Below, one piece after another: positions 8,951 through 18,277 of a stretch of 64,000 bases of DNA. This DNA is from Clostridia bacterium (GTDB taxonomy: Bacteria; Bacillota; Clostridia; Christensenellales; UBA1242), in NCBI GenBank assembly GCA_017478185.1, contig JAFVEA010000001.1:19090-83089 (forward strand), read 5' to 3'. Below the pieces are notes generated by a model. It saw only the letters and a program-made list of their open reading frames with translations, was not told where the DNA came from and made no database searches. The position numbers were made by a program, and so were the translations under genes. Position 1 is the first letter of the stretch. Every line of letters starts with the position of its first letter.

Positions 8951-11900
8951 TTATTTATCTTTTTTGTTAACTTTTTTAACTTTAACTTCATTGCCTTTTA
9001 GGTCATTTTTGTGCATTGCCTTGCTTTCTTTTTCAATCTTTTCTTTTTCTTCTTCCAAAATTGTTATATCAGCTTTAATTCCAGCAATGTTCTTTTCAAG
9101 TTTCTCAATTCTAGCTTCATATTCAGTATATTTTTTGTCTGGACTTTCTAGTTTCACGCTCTTATCTTGTTCAGCAATTTCTTTTGCTGTTTCATAAGCT
9201 TCTTTTTGCTTTGCGTGTTCTTCTTTTTCTTCTTTTAGATATTGCTCAGATTGGGCAAGCTCTTCTTTCAAAAGTTTTAATTTATGATTTACGGCAGTTT
9301 TATAGTTTTTCTGGTCTAAGTCCTTAAGGAGTGATGCACCACGGTCATAATTATTTTTAACAGTAACTTTAACAGGTCTGTTGTCTAAATATTTTTTAAT
9401 TAAGAATCCAATAAGTGCTGCAACAATTCCAAGCGCAATCAAAATTGTTGGGATTGCAAGCCATGCCATACTTTCTCTATAAGTGTTTTGAGTGCTTTGA
9501 GTTGTTTCTTCTTCATCTTTTGCGTTAACAACGCTCAAAACGTGTCCAGCCATTGAAGCAGTTTCGTTATCTAAATTTAAAGCAATGTTAAAGTTGTCTT
9601 CTGTCATTTTTATAATGTTTAAGTCATTAAATAGGGCATAACCACTTGTCAAACCGTTTTCACTTCCAAGACCCAACAAAACTTGCAAAGTTATAGAATC
9701 ACTTGTGTTTATATAGAACACAAATTCTTCCCAATTATCAGTGTTTCCAAATTCTCCATTTGTGTTGATTCCAACAAAAGATTTGTCAACACCATTCAAA
9801 ATAACGCTAGCTCCATATGGCACAACTTGCCCGTCAACTGTTTGTTTGTTGCTTTCTTGCTCACTTAATCCAATGGTTTTAACTTTTATGCTAAATTTAT
9901 AATATGAATTTGAGTCTAAACTAAAGCTTAAAAGGTTTGAAAAAGCGTAGTAATTGTCTGTTGCTGAATAAATATACAAACAACTTTCATCTTCTAAAAC
10001 AACTTGTCCATCTAAAACGTTTGCAATGTTGTTTTGGTTTAAAACACCAGCACTAACATTTAAGTCGGTTAAATTTTGTGTTTCACCAAGTTCGTCAGTT
10101 GATGTTCCCTTAACTTGTCCTGTCCAATAGAGTGGGTCATTTAAGCCTTTTACGTTGGCGTTTTGAGAATATTCATCAAAGCTTTCAGTTAAAATAACAG
10201 AACTTGCGTTGTCAACAGCCTTACTTAAGTTTAAAACCTTAACATAATCAGTTTCTTCTATTTGTGTAATATCACTAGAAGTTGATTCCCATTTAACGTT
10301 ATCAAAATATGCGTGTCCTTGAGCTGGAGCTAGCTCACTTCCCAAAGATAGTGTTAAGCTTAATGTTTGAGATGCTCCATAGTTTTTGAAGTAAACAGTA
10401 TAGTATTTCCAGCTATTGTTTGTGTTAATATTTGTGAGTTCAAATATTGTAACGCCACTTGCATTTGTTAAAGTAACATTAGCGCCACCAGTTGAATTTT
10501 TGATTGAAGTGAAAACATTAAAAGTTAAACAATATGTCTGGTTTGCGCTGGCTGAAATTGATGCAGAACTTTTTGTGCTTTGGTTTGACTTATTAAGGTT
10601 ATACATCATCAAAACATTGTTTGAAATGTCATCATTAAAAACTTCGTCATTATAAAATTTTGATTCAGGTTTAACTGTTGGATTTCCAAAGTTTGATTTG
10701 CTAGAGTTAAACAAGCTTTGTTTTAAGTTCACAACACCGCTTAAGTTGTTTGAATTTGAGTCCTCTCTTGTCCAGCTGTCTGCGTCATAAGGGTAGTTTG
10801 AACCAGAAACTTCATTAAAATATCCATTAGAAATAGTTAAACTTGAGCTTGGTGTTGGTGTTAATTTCACGCTTTTATAACTAATTCCACAGCTTTCACC
10901 ATTTTTTGCATCAGCAGATGAAATTTCTTGAGATGTTACGTCATCAATATATAAGTAATTATCATTTGAACTGTTATCTGAAGAGTAGCCAATTTTAAGA
11001 GTTACATCACAGTCACTCAAGCTGTTTCCAGTAACAAAAAACACATATTCATTCCAATCATTTGTTGTTGCATTTTTTGTTGAAGAAACGCTTGAAATGC
11101 TTCCAGAAATTGTTTGGTCATTGATTTTATCCACGCTTGTTATTGAAGCATCAACAGAGCTTAGGTTTGTTTTAAGCCAAAAGCTTATTCTATAAACTTT
11201 GTTTTGTTCAATTGTTATAGGGCTTGATTCAATATAACCAGAGTTTATTATTTTTATGATGTTATAGTCGCTTGAACGCAAATTTGTGTCTTGAGTGGTT
11301 GATTTAGAAACATAGCCAGTGTTTGTAACAGTCCAGTCATCTAAACCATTTTCAAAAGAACCGTTTTCAATAAATCCATTTCCAGAAGTTATATTGTTAA
11401 ATTGTTCATTTGTGATTTGCTTTTTATCATAAAGAGTAGGTGATTTAGCGCTTTCTGTGGCAAATTCATCTTTAGAATATTTTATAACACTTGCACTGTC
11501 AAAGAACACACATCCGTTTGTTTTTTGGGCAGAGCTTCCACTTTGCCAGCTTGGGTTTCCTAAATATAAGTTTAATGTGATTTTTGCTTTTTCAGTTTGT
11601 TTTGTTGCAACAAATATTGTGGCTGTTGCCCAAGCTTTGTTGCTGTCCATACTTTTAATCAATGTGTTTGTTGTTTTTTCTATGTTTTCACTTTCAATTC
11701 CAAAAGAAGCAAAACCAGAAACAACAAAATATTTAACAGAAACAGCATAATAACTGTTTGCATCAAGTTCTATTGAAGAGCTTTTATAACCATAAACTGT
11801 GTCTGTTTTTGAGTTTATCATCAAAACATTGTTTCCAGAATTTGTGTTTAAAGTTCCTGTTGGATAACTATTCTCGTCCAAAAATGTGGTGTTGTCATCA

Positions 11901-12229
11901 TTATACTTTTTGCAATCAGTTTCAAATGTGTCTTTATCTTTTATGGTGATAACTCCACAACGCATATTTTCTTTGTTAAATGTTCCAATGCTTGTCCAAC
12001 TTGTTGGGCTTGAAAGAGAACTTGTTCCAGTTGTTGATGTTGAACCACTTGATGTTGATGAAAACTCTGGATTTGTAACAGATATTGATGTTGTTAGTGC
12101 ATCAACTGTGAGTGGGTCACCTTTATATTTTAACTGTTCAAAAAATATTGCGTTTTGCGTTAAGAAAAACGAAAGTATAATAAAAACACTCACAATAAAT
12201 TTTGATAAAAAACTTTTAAACTTTGTCAT
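8951..12229 (-). CDS. Large type I membrane/surface protein with four CBM-like (galactose-binding-like) beta-sandwich modules and a cytoplasmic coiled-coil tail
   Basis: N-terminal signal sequence (MTKFKSFLSKFIVSVFIILSFFL). Module starts look like NGSFENGLDDWTV, ISNGYFNE and LTESFDEY. Module ends recur as GCVFFDSASV, NYLYIDDV, HAYFDNVKW and GYALFNDLNI. A C-terminal TM (WLAIPTILIALGIVAALIGFLI) is followed by a K/E coiled coil. ATG at 12229 follows AAAGGTG. Confidence 0.6.
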   Translation of the reverse strand: MTKFKSFLSKFIVSVFIILSFFLTQNAIFFEQLKYKGDPLTVDALTTSISVTNPEFSSTSSGSTSTTGTSSLSSPTSWTSIGTFNKENMRCGVITIKDKDTFETDCKKYNDDNTTFLDENSYPTGTLNTNSGNNVLMINSKTDTVYGYKSSSIELDANSYYAVSVKYFVVSGFASFGIESENIEKTTNTLIKSMDSNKAWATATIFVATKQTEKAKITLNLYLGNPSWQSGSSAQKTNGCVFFDSASVIKYSKDEFATESAKSPTLYDKKQITNEQFNNITSGNGFIENGSFENGLDDWTVTNTGYVSKSTTQDTNLRSSDYNIIKIINSGYIESSPITIEQNKVYRISFWLKTNLSSVDASITSVDKINDQTISGSISSVSSTKNATTNDWNEYVFFVTGNSLSDCDVTLKIGYSSDNSSNDNYLYIDDVTSQEISSADAKNGESCGISYKSVKLTPTPSSSLTISNGYFNEVSGSNYPYDADSWTREDSNSNNLSGVVNLKQSLFNSSKSNFGNPTVKPESKFYNDEVFNDDISNNVLMMYNLNKSNQSTKSSASISASANQTYCLTFNVFTSIKNSTGGANVTLTNASGVTIFELTNINTNNSWKYYTVYFKNYGASQTLSLTLSLGSELAPAQGHAYFDNVKWESTSSDITQIEETDYVKVLNLSKAVDNASSVILTESFDEYSQNANVKGLNDPLYWTGQVKGTSTDELGETQNLTDLNVSAGVLNQNNIANVLDGQVVLEDESCLYIYSATDNYYAFSNLLSFSLDSNSYYKFSIKVKTIGLSEQESNKQTVDGQVVPYGASVILNGVDKSFVGINTNGEFGNTDNWEEFVFYINTSDSITLQVLLGLGSENGLTSGYALFNDLNIIKMTEDNFNIALNLDNETASMAGHVLSVVNAKDEEETTQSTQNTYRESMAWLAIPTILIALGIVAALIGFLIKKYLDNRPVKVTVKNNYDRGASLLKDLDQKNYKTAVNHKLKLLKEELAQSEQYLKEEKEEHAKQKEAYETAKEIAEQDKSVKLESPDKKYTEYEARIEKLEKNIAGIKADITILEEEKEKIEKESKAMHKNDLKGNEVKVKKVNKKDK

Positions 12230-12332
12230 ACTATTCACCTTTTAAAAAATATATCAATTATTATAATATAAAACCCCCACAAAAGCAAGGAAATTATGCG
12301 TATTTTTTCTAATTTTGGCAAATACTTTTTAT

Positions 12333-12695
12333 ATGGACAATAAGCTTTTGAAGATTTTGGGGCTTTTTGGAGCGGGAATTCTGATTGGCTCTGTTAATGG
12401 ATTTTTTGGGGGCGGTGGAGGAATGATTTGCGTTCCACTCTTATTAACTTTGGGTTTAAGTTCAAAAAAGGCACACGCAACAGCAATTTTAACAATGCTT
12501 CCCATAAGTATTGCCAGCAGTGTTGTTTATTATTCATATGGCGCAGTTGATTGGTCAATTTTTTTGTTTTTGTGTATAGGCTCTGTTTTGGGTGGAATTA
12601 TTGGGGCTTTTGTTTTAAAAAAATTATCAAATGAAGCACTTTCTTTTATATTTTCAATTCTTATGATAGGGGTTGGAATTAGAATGTGCTTTTAG
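12333..12695 (+). CDS. TSUP/TauE-SafE family membrane transporter, N-terminal-type 4-TM half
   Basis: GxxxGxxSGFFGGGGGMICVPLL motif and about 4 TM segments. The start is uncertain because neither TTG 12315 nor ATG 12333 has a clear SD. Confidence 0.7.
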   Translation: MDNKLLKILGLFGAGILIGSVNGFFGGGGGMICVPLLLTLGLSSKKAHATAILTMLPISIASSVVYYSYGAVDWSIFLFLCIGSVLGGIIGAFVLKKLSNEALSFIFSILMIGVGIRMCF

Positions 12696-12703
12696 GAGGT
12701 TTT

Positions 12704-13102
12704 ATGTGGATTTTTTATGTTTTGGCAGGGGTATTAAGTGGTATTATTGGTGGAATGGGTATGGGTGGAGGAACACTTCTTATTCCAATACTCACCATAT
12801 TTTTTGCGTTAGACCAGCACTTATCGCAAGCATTAAATTTGCTTGTGTTTATTCCAACAGGCATTATTTCTGTTATAATTCACGCAAAAAACAAAATGCT
12901 AGATTTTAAAAGCTTTTTCTATATAATTATTCCAGCAATAGTTAGTTCAATTTTGCTGTCTATGATATCTAACGGCGTAAGAAGTGAAACTTTAAAAATA
13001 ATTTTTGGAATATTTTTGGCTGTTTTGGGAGTGATTTTGTTTATTATTTCAATCATAAATCACTATAAAAACAAAAAACTTACAAAAAAATTGGGTGTTT
13101 AA
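12704..13102 (+). CDS. TSUP/TauE-SafE family membrane transporter, second 4-TM half
   Basis: GIIGGMGMGGGTLLIPIL motif and about 4 TM segments. It has its own AGGAGG SD (12694-12699), which overlaps the stop codon of the upstream half. Confidence 0.75.
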   Translation: MWIFYVLAGVLSGIIGGMGMGGGTLLIPILTIFFALDQHLSQALNLLVFIPTGIISVIIHAKNKMLDFKSFFYIIIPAIVSSILLSMISNGVRSETLKIIFGIFLAVLGVILFIISIINHYKNKKLTKKLGV

Positions 13103-13162
13103 TTTTTGGACAAGCAAATTTGATAATTGCTTATCATACTATAATTATTATTGGAGGAGCCA

Positions 13163-13870
13163 ATGATAATTGAAAGTTTTATAACCTTTATGAACAAAAT
13201 AATGCTATTTTCTTCTTATGTTGACAATGTTTCACATTTTCCAAAACCGCTTTCTCAAGAAGAAGAAAAACAGCAGATACAAAAATACCGAAATGGTGAT
13301 GAAGAGGCAAAAAAAATTTTGATTAGCCATAATTTGAGGCTGGTTGCTCACATTGTTAAAAAATATAGCAACAGCACAAAAGATGCTGATGATTTAATTT
13401 CTGTTGGTGCAATAGGGCTAATTAAGGCAATAAATTCTTATTCTCCCGACAAAAACACTCAGCTTTCAACTTATGCCGCAAGGTGCATTGAAAACGAAAT
13501 TTTAATGCTTTTTAGGATGCAAAAAAAGCATCAAGGAACAGTGTCACTAGAAGAAAGCTTGGGCGTTGACAGTGACAACAGTGAAGTTGTGTTAAGTGAT
13601 GTTTTGAGTGATGTTGAGCCTGATATGGTTGAACAAGTTGAACAAAACATCTTAACAGAAAAGCTTTTAAGCATCATAAAAAACTCACTTTCCAGCAGGG
13701 AATATAAAATTTTGGTTATGCGCTATGGAATTGGCGGAACGGTTGCCTACACGCAAAGGGAAGTTGCCAAAAAATTGGGAATATCAAGGTCTTATATTTC
13801 AAGATTAGAGAAAAAAGCGCTAGAAATAATAAAACAAAAAGTCACAGAGCAAAAACTTTTTAATGATTGA
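13163..13870 (+). CDS. sigK: Sporulation sigma factor, pro-sigma-K type (SigK/SigE family)
   Basis: The hydrophobic pro-sequence MIIESFITFMNKIMLFSS is followed by YVDNVSHFPKPLSQEEE and LISHNLRLVAHIVKKY. This parallels B. subtilis pro-sigma-K (..LVFLVS/YVKNNAFPQPL..IEHNLRLVAHIVKKF). Region 4 HTH is present. GGAGG SD precedes ATG 13163. Confidence 0.75.
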   Translation: MIIESFITFMNKIMLFSSYVDNVSHFPKPLSQEEEKQQIQKYRNGDEEAKKILISHNLRLVAHIVKKYSNSTKDADDLISVGAIGLIKAINSYSPDKNTQLSTYAARCIENEILMLFRMQKKHQGTVSLEESLGVDSDNSEVVLSDVLSDVEPDMVEQVEQNILTEKLLSIIKNSLSSREYKILVMRYGIGGTVAYTQREVAKKLGISRSYISRLEKKALEIIKQKVTEQKLFND

Positions 13871-13958
13871 AAAAAATTTTTTACGCCAAAAAGCCTTATT
13901 TTTAGGGCTTTTTTGCGTCTTTAACCTTTTTTATAACACAAAATTTTAAAAATGGGTA

Positions 13959-13987
13959 TTGCAAAATCAAAAGTTGTGTGTTATAAT
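13959..13987 (+). promoter_or_regulatory. Sigma-A-type promoter of rnpB
   Basis: TTGCAA(13959-13964)-17 bp-TATAAT(13982-13987). Confidence 0.7.
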
Positions 13988-13992
13988 ATGGT

Positions 13993-14400
13993 CAGTAGCT
14001 AGTTAGACGGTCAAATTGCGAGCGCAATTAGGAAAGTCCGAGCACAGCAGGGCAGAGTGCGAGATAACGTCTCGTGGAGGCGACTCCAAGGATAGTGCAA
14101 CAGAAATAGACCACCACTAGTTAAAGCTGTATTGTGTTTTTAGATTTGGAAAATATCCAACATCTTACCTCCTATTTTTTCGCAATACATGCGCAGTGGA
14201 AAGGGTGGAAAGGTGGTGTAAGAGACCACCGGTGCGTTAGAGATAGCGCATGCTCTGTAAACCCCACTTTGTGCAAGATAAGGGAGAATAAAAAGGTTTG
14301 CCCGACCTTCTTCCGTCATACATCGCTGGAACATATTGGCAACAATATGTCTAGATAGATGACCGTCCATGACAGAACTCGGCTTACAGACTAGTCTACT
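13993..14400 (+). ncRNA. rnpB: RNase P RNA
   Basis: Contains the universally conserved GGAAAGTCCGAGC (P4 5' strand) and ACAGAACTCGGCTTACAG (P4 3' strand). The 5' AGTAGCTAGT and 3' ACTAGTCTACT ends pair as P1. Higher G+C than the flanks, with its own promoter and terminator. Ends are approximate. Confidence 0.9.
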
Positions 14401-14401
14401 T

Positions 14402-14438
14402 AGAAGTTAAGATTTCCCGCTTAACTTCTATTTTTTTT
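14402..14438 (+). terminator. Rho-independent terminator of rnpB
   Basis: AGAAGTTAAG / CTTAACTTCT 10-bp stem followed by a T8 run. Confidence 0.8.
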
Positions 14439-14745
14439 ATTTAAAATTTTCTTATATTCACCAAATTTTGAAGTGGAGTGAGATAGATAAAGCTAATTTA
14501 CTTAATAAAAACATATTATAATAAGTGACTATAATTTTATGTCTTTAAGAATAAATTTTGTAAATTCATTTTTAAAAATTTGCTTTTACGCATAGTTTAG
14601 GAGCAATTTTTTTATAATACGCCTCACAAGCCCCCAGATTTTTAAAAAACAAAAAAGTAGGGTAATTTTTAGATATCCCCACTTTAAAAGGTATTATTCT
14701 TCGCAAAATATAATTTTTTAATTTATTATAAAAACTCTTTGCTTA

Positions 14746-16140
14746 TTATGATTGAATGTTTTCTTTCGTTTCTGAAGCTATTTGTTGATTTTTAATAGTT
14801 TTATCTCCCAAATTGTTTTCATTAACCAATTCTTTATCTTCTTTTTTTAACTGAGTTCTTGCGATATTAAACCCAATAGCCAAAAAGATAACAAAATAGA
14901 AGAATGGATAAATAACAAAAGCTCCCACAAGGGTTGTTATCAAAAATGAAGCGGAGGCAAAAAACCAAGGATATATTGTTGATTTAATTTTTGAGTTTTT
15001 CATTTGATAAACAAGGATTAAAATAATCGTAGCCATAAAAACAATTGCAAAAACAAGGCCAAAATCAACCCAGAACCCCACAAACAAATTGTGTGGGCCA
15101 AGTTTGTGAAGTGTTCCACCGCCAAGGCCAAACAAAATTGTGCTTAGATTTCCACAAACAGCATAAAGTGAATTCATCAAAAGCTCTTGTCTGTTCCAGC
15201 CGTCAGCCCCGGGAACATAATCTATTCCAAAAATGTTTAATATATGAGTGTTAAAAATGCCGTCAAAAGCAGCAACAGCTTCAATAAAATAATTATACTC
15301 ACAAGTTCTAACGCACTTGATGTTTGGATTTAGCTCAACAACAAAAGAGGCTAGTGCAAAACTTAAAATTAAAATTAAAAACTGCCAATTAAACTTTTTG
15401 TTTTTAACAGAAAGAAATATAAGTTCAAAAACAAAAACCGCAAAAACAGAAGTTATACCAGCAAAAGAACCATTTAAAAACATAAACAAAAACATTAAAA
15501 TCAAATAAGATATATAAATTCCTATTTTAAGTTTGTTTTTTTCGTGTAATAAAATATTAGATATAGCCACAATTGCCATAGAAATAATTGTTGAAGAATA
15601 GTTTTGTTGATAAAAAAACAATGAGTGTTGCCAACCATAATGAAATCCAGGCATAAACAAACTTAATGGGTCAATAATACCTAAAAGGCAAGAAAATGCA
15701 AGTGAAAAGAATAATATTTCAACAAAAAGTTTTAACTGGTTTTTCTTTAGGTTTATGAGGCACACAAAAACCATAACATACCACAAAAATTCCAAGTTGT
15801 TTATGCTTAAAACGCCATTAAAAATGGGTGTGATAAAAACAAGTCCAATCGCTGAAACACTAAGCCAAAAAATCCATTTTTCAAGTTTTGTTCTTGTCTT
15901 TTTTTTGAACATTGTTCTATAGTTTAAAGTGACATAAACAATAAGATAACAAGCATAAAGCATTGACCATTCACTTATAGGAAAAGGGTCTTTTGCTTGA
16001 AATATAAGCGCATCTAAAAAAATAAGAAACGGGAAGCACGCCAAAAGAATAGCAAGAAAAAAATTCAATCCACTTAAGATTTTTTCTTTATTTTTAAAAA
16101 AATCAACAGTTTTATTTAAAAACGAACTCATCTTATTCAT
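14746..16140 (-). CDS. Polytopic membrane protein, O-antigen ligase/polymerase-like (Wzy_C-type)
   Basis: At least 10 predicted TM segments. The loop motif GGGTLHKLGPHNLFVGFWVDFGLVF resembles the HN..L....E.G motif of the O-antigen ligase family. Start is MNKMSS at 16140, after GGAGAA. Confidence 0.55.
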   Translation of the reverse strand: MNKMSSFLNKTVDFFKNKEKILSGLNFFLAILLACFPFLIFLDALIFQAKDPFPISEWSMLYACYLIVYVTLNYRTMFKKKTRTKLEKWIFWLSVSAIGLVFITPIFNGVLSINNLEFLWYVMVFVCLINLKKNQLKLFVEILFFSLAFSCLLGIIDPLSLFMPGFHYGWQHSLFFYQQNYSSTIISMAIVAISNILLHEKNKLKIGIYISYLILMFLFMFLNGSFAGITSVFAVFVFELIFLSVKNKKFNWQFLILILSFALASFVVELNPNIKCVRTCEYNYFIEAVAAFDGIFNTHILNIFGIDYVPGADGWNRQELLMNSLYAVCGNLSTILFGLGGGTLHKLGPHNLFVGFWVDFGLVFAIVFMATIILILVYQMKNSKIKSTIYPWFFASASFLITTLVGAFVIYPFFYFVIFLAIGFNIARTQLKKEDKELVNENNLGDKTIKNQQIASETKENIQS

Positions 16141-16280
16141 AAATTTCTCCAAAGTTAGTATAAAAATTGTAACATAAAAAAATACTTTTTCAAAACAAAA
16201 ACAGTTAATATTCACAAAATTAAAAAAAGTTATTGCAAAAAAGGCTTATTATTTGTTATAATTTAAAAGAGGAAAATATT

Positions 16281-17522
16281 ATGGAAGATTTATTCAGCGC
16301 TCAAGCAGACAAAAATGCACCTCTATCTGAGAGAATGAGGGCAAACACATTGGAAGAATTTGTTGGACAAAAACATATTGTTTATGAAAATAGTTTGTTA
16401 TTTCGTGCAATAAAAACAAATATGCTTGGAAGTTGCATATTTTATGGTCCGCCAGGCTCAGGAAAAACAACTCTTGCAAACATCATAAGCAAAACAACAA
16501 ACAGCCCTTATGTTAAGCTTAACGCAGTTTCAAGTGGAGTTCAAGACGCCAAAAAAGTTATTGAAGAAGCCAGAAACAACTATAGGCTTTATGGCAAAAA
16601 AACATATTTGCTTTTGGATGAGTGCCATAGGTGGAACAAAGCTCAAAGTGACAGCGTTTTGGGAGCTATTGAAGAAGGGTGCATAATTTTTATAGGTTCA
16701 ACAACAGAAAACCCATATTATAGTATGACGCGCGCAATTGTATCTCGTTGCCGAATTTTTGAGTTTAAACCACTTTCGGTTAGTGATATTAAAAATTCGT
16801 TAAAAAATGCCATAACAAACAAAGAAAAGGGTTACGGGAGCTTAAACATAGAAATCACAGAAGATGCGTTATCTCATTATGCTCAATTTAGTGGTGGAGA
16901 TTTAAGGATGGCTTATAACGCTTTAGAGCTTGCTGTTAAAACAACTCCGTTAAACAAAGAGGGCAAAATTGTTATAGACAAAACTGTTGCTGAACAATCC
17001 ATTCAAAAAAAGGCGTTAAGCCTTGATGAAGATTTATATTATCATCTTTTAAGTGCGTTTTGCAAAAGCCTAAGGGGCAGTGATTCAACAGCGGCATTAT
17101 ATTATGCAAATAGGCTTATAGAAGCTGGGATTGAACCACAAGTTTTGGCAAGAAGAACAATAGCCCACGCTTCAGAAGATGTGGGAATTTCTGCTCCTCA
17201 AGCTCTTTTGCAAGCTTGTGCAGCTTTATATGCCTTAGACAACTTGGGAATGCCAGAAGGAAATTTGGCTCTCACTCAAGCGATTATTTATGTTTGTGAA
17301 TCTCCGAAAGACAACAGAGTGGTTAAAGCAATGAATATGGCACAAGACGATGCAAAAAATCATCCAGATGACAATGTTCCAGATTATCTTAAAAATCACA
17401 CTGAGGCAAGCAAAAAATATAAATATCCACACGATTATGGTGGCTATGTTAAACAGCAATATCTTCCAAACAGTTTGAAAGACAGGAAATATTTTGTGAG
17501 AAAAGATAACAAAAAAGATTAA
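16281..17522 (+). CDS. rarA: Replication-associated recombination protein A (AAA ATPase RarA/MgsA)
   Basis: GPPGSGKTTLA Walker A, LLLDECHRWNK Walker B, and the MgsA C-terminal domain (YDLISAF-like YHLLSAFCKSLRGSD). Confidence 0.9.
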   Translation: MEDLFSAQADKNAPLSERMRANTLEEFVGQKHIVYENSLLFRAIKTNMLGSCIFYGPPGSGKTTLANIISKTTNSPYVKLNAVSSGVQDAKKVIEEARNNYRLYGKKTYLLLDECHRWNKAQSDSVLGAIEEGCIIFIGSTTENPYYSMTRAIVSRCRIFEFKPLSVSDIKNSLKNAITNKEKGYGSLNIEITEDALSHYAQFSGGDLRMAYNALELAVKTTPLNKEGKIVIDKTVAEQSIQKKALSLDEDLYYHLLSAFCKSLRGSDSTAALYYANRLIEAGIEPQVLARRTIAHASEDVGISAPQALLQACAALYALDNLGMPEGNLALTQAIIYVCESPKDNRVVKAMNMAQDDAKNHPDDNVPDYLKNHTEASKKYKYPHDYGGYVKQQYLPNSLKDRKYFVRKDNKKD

Positions 17523-17534
17523 AAACAACCAAAA

Positions 17535-17556
17535 ATTAAATTATTTTAATTGACTT
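17535..17556 (+). promoter_or_regulatory. AT-rich palindrome overlapping the -35 of the rubrerythrin promoter (possible redox/peroxide repressor operator)
   Basis: AATTAAA-TTAT-TTTAATT (17535-17552) overlaps TTGACT (17551-17556). Confidence 0.3.
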
Positions 17557-17605
17557 TTAAAAACATTTTTTGATAACATAACAAAAGCACAAAAGGAGAA
17601 GAAAA

Positions 17606-18160
17606 ATGATAAAATTAGAAAAAATTCCAGAGCTTAAAGGAACAAAAACAGAAGAGAACTTAAAAAACGCTTTTGCTGGAGAATGTATGGCAAGAACAAA
17701 ATATGATTTTTTTGCAAGCATTGCCAAAAAAGAGGGATATGAACAAATAAGCCGTATTTTTAGTGAAACTGCATTAAATGAAAAAGAGCACGCAAAAATT
17801 TGGTTTAAACTTTTTAACGGAATGGCAGACACAAAAACAAACTTAAAATGGGCAGCAGAAGGCGAAAATTATGAGTGGACAACAATGTATGAGTCTTTTG
17901 CAAAAACTGCCGAAGAAGAAGGCTTTAAAGAAATTGCAGTATTATTTAGAAGTGTTGCAAAAATAGAAAATGAACACGAAAAAAGATTTAATGATTTGCT
18001 TTCAAACATAGAAAATAATGAAGTTTTTGTAAAGACCAGTGAAAACGAGTGGATATGCCTAAATTGTGGATTTAAAATTGTGTCAAAAACAGCACCAAAA
18101 ATTTGTCCAGTTTGCCAGCATCCACAAAGTTATTTTGCTTTAAGCAAAAAAGATTATTAA
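17606..18160 (+). CDS. rbr: Rubrerythrin
   Basis: Ferritin-like di-iron N-domain (E..H motifs) plus a C-terminal rubredoxin-type CLNCG...CPVC. Confidence 0.9.
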   Translation: MIKLEKIPELKGTKTEENLKNAFAGECMARTKYDFFASIAKKEGYEQISRIFSETALNEKEHAKIWFKLFNGMADTKTNLKWAAEGENYEWTTMYESFAKTAEEEGFKEIAVLFRSVAKIENEHEKRFNDLLSNIENNEVFVKTSENEWICLNCGFKIVSKTAPKICPVCQHPQSYFALSKKDY

Positions 18161-18277
18161 AAACAAAAATGCTTTAAATTTTAAGGCATTTTTTTGTTAT
18201 ATAAAATGCTCTACATATCGCAAAAATTTTGTGAGTAATATTTTTTTGTTTGCATAAACTACTTTCAAGGAGTTTTT

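Noticed and set aside
12315-13102. TSUP transporter as a frameshifted pseudogene
   Set aside because: The second half has its own AGGAGG SD and ATG 9 nt after the first stop codon. Each half is a complete 4-TM unit with its own glycine-rich motif. A two-gene arrangement is more consistent, but it still needs comparison with relatives.
13163-13870. skin-like intervening element or split sigK
   Set aside because: The ORF is continuous through regions 2-4, and no recombinase or insertion is present.
14134-14370. Two ORFs (74 aa plus strand, 76 aa minus strand) in the ORF track
   Set aside because: Both lie entirely within the RNase P RNA gene, whose conserved P4 strands and P1 pairing account for the sequence.
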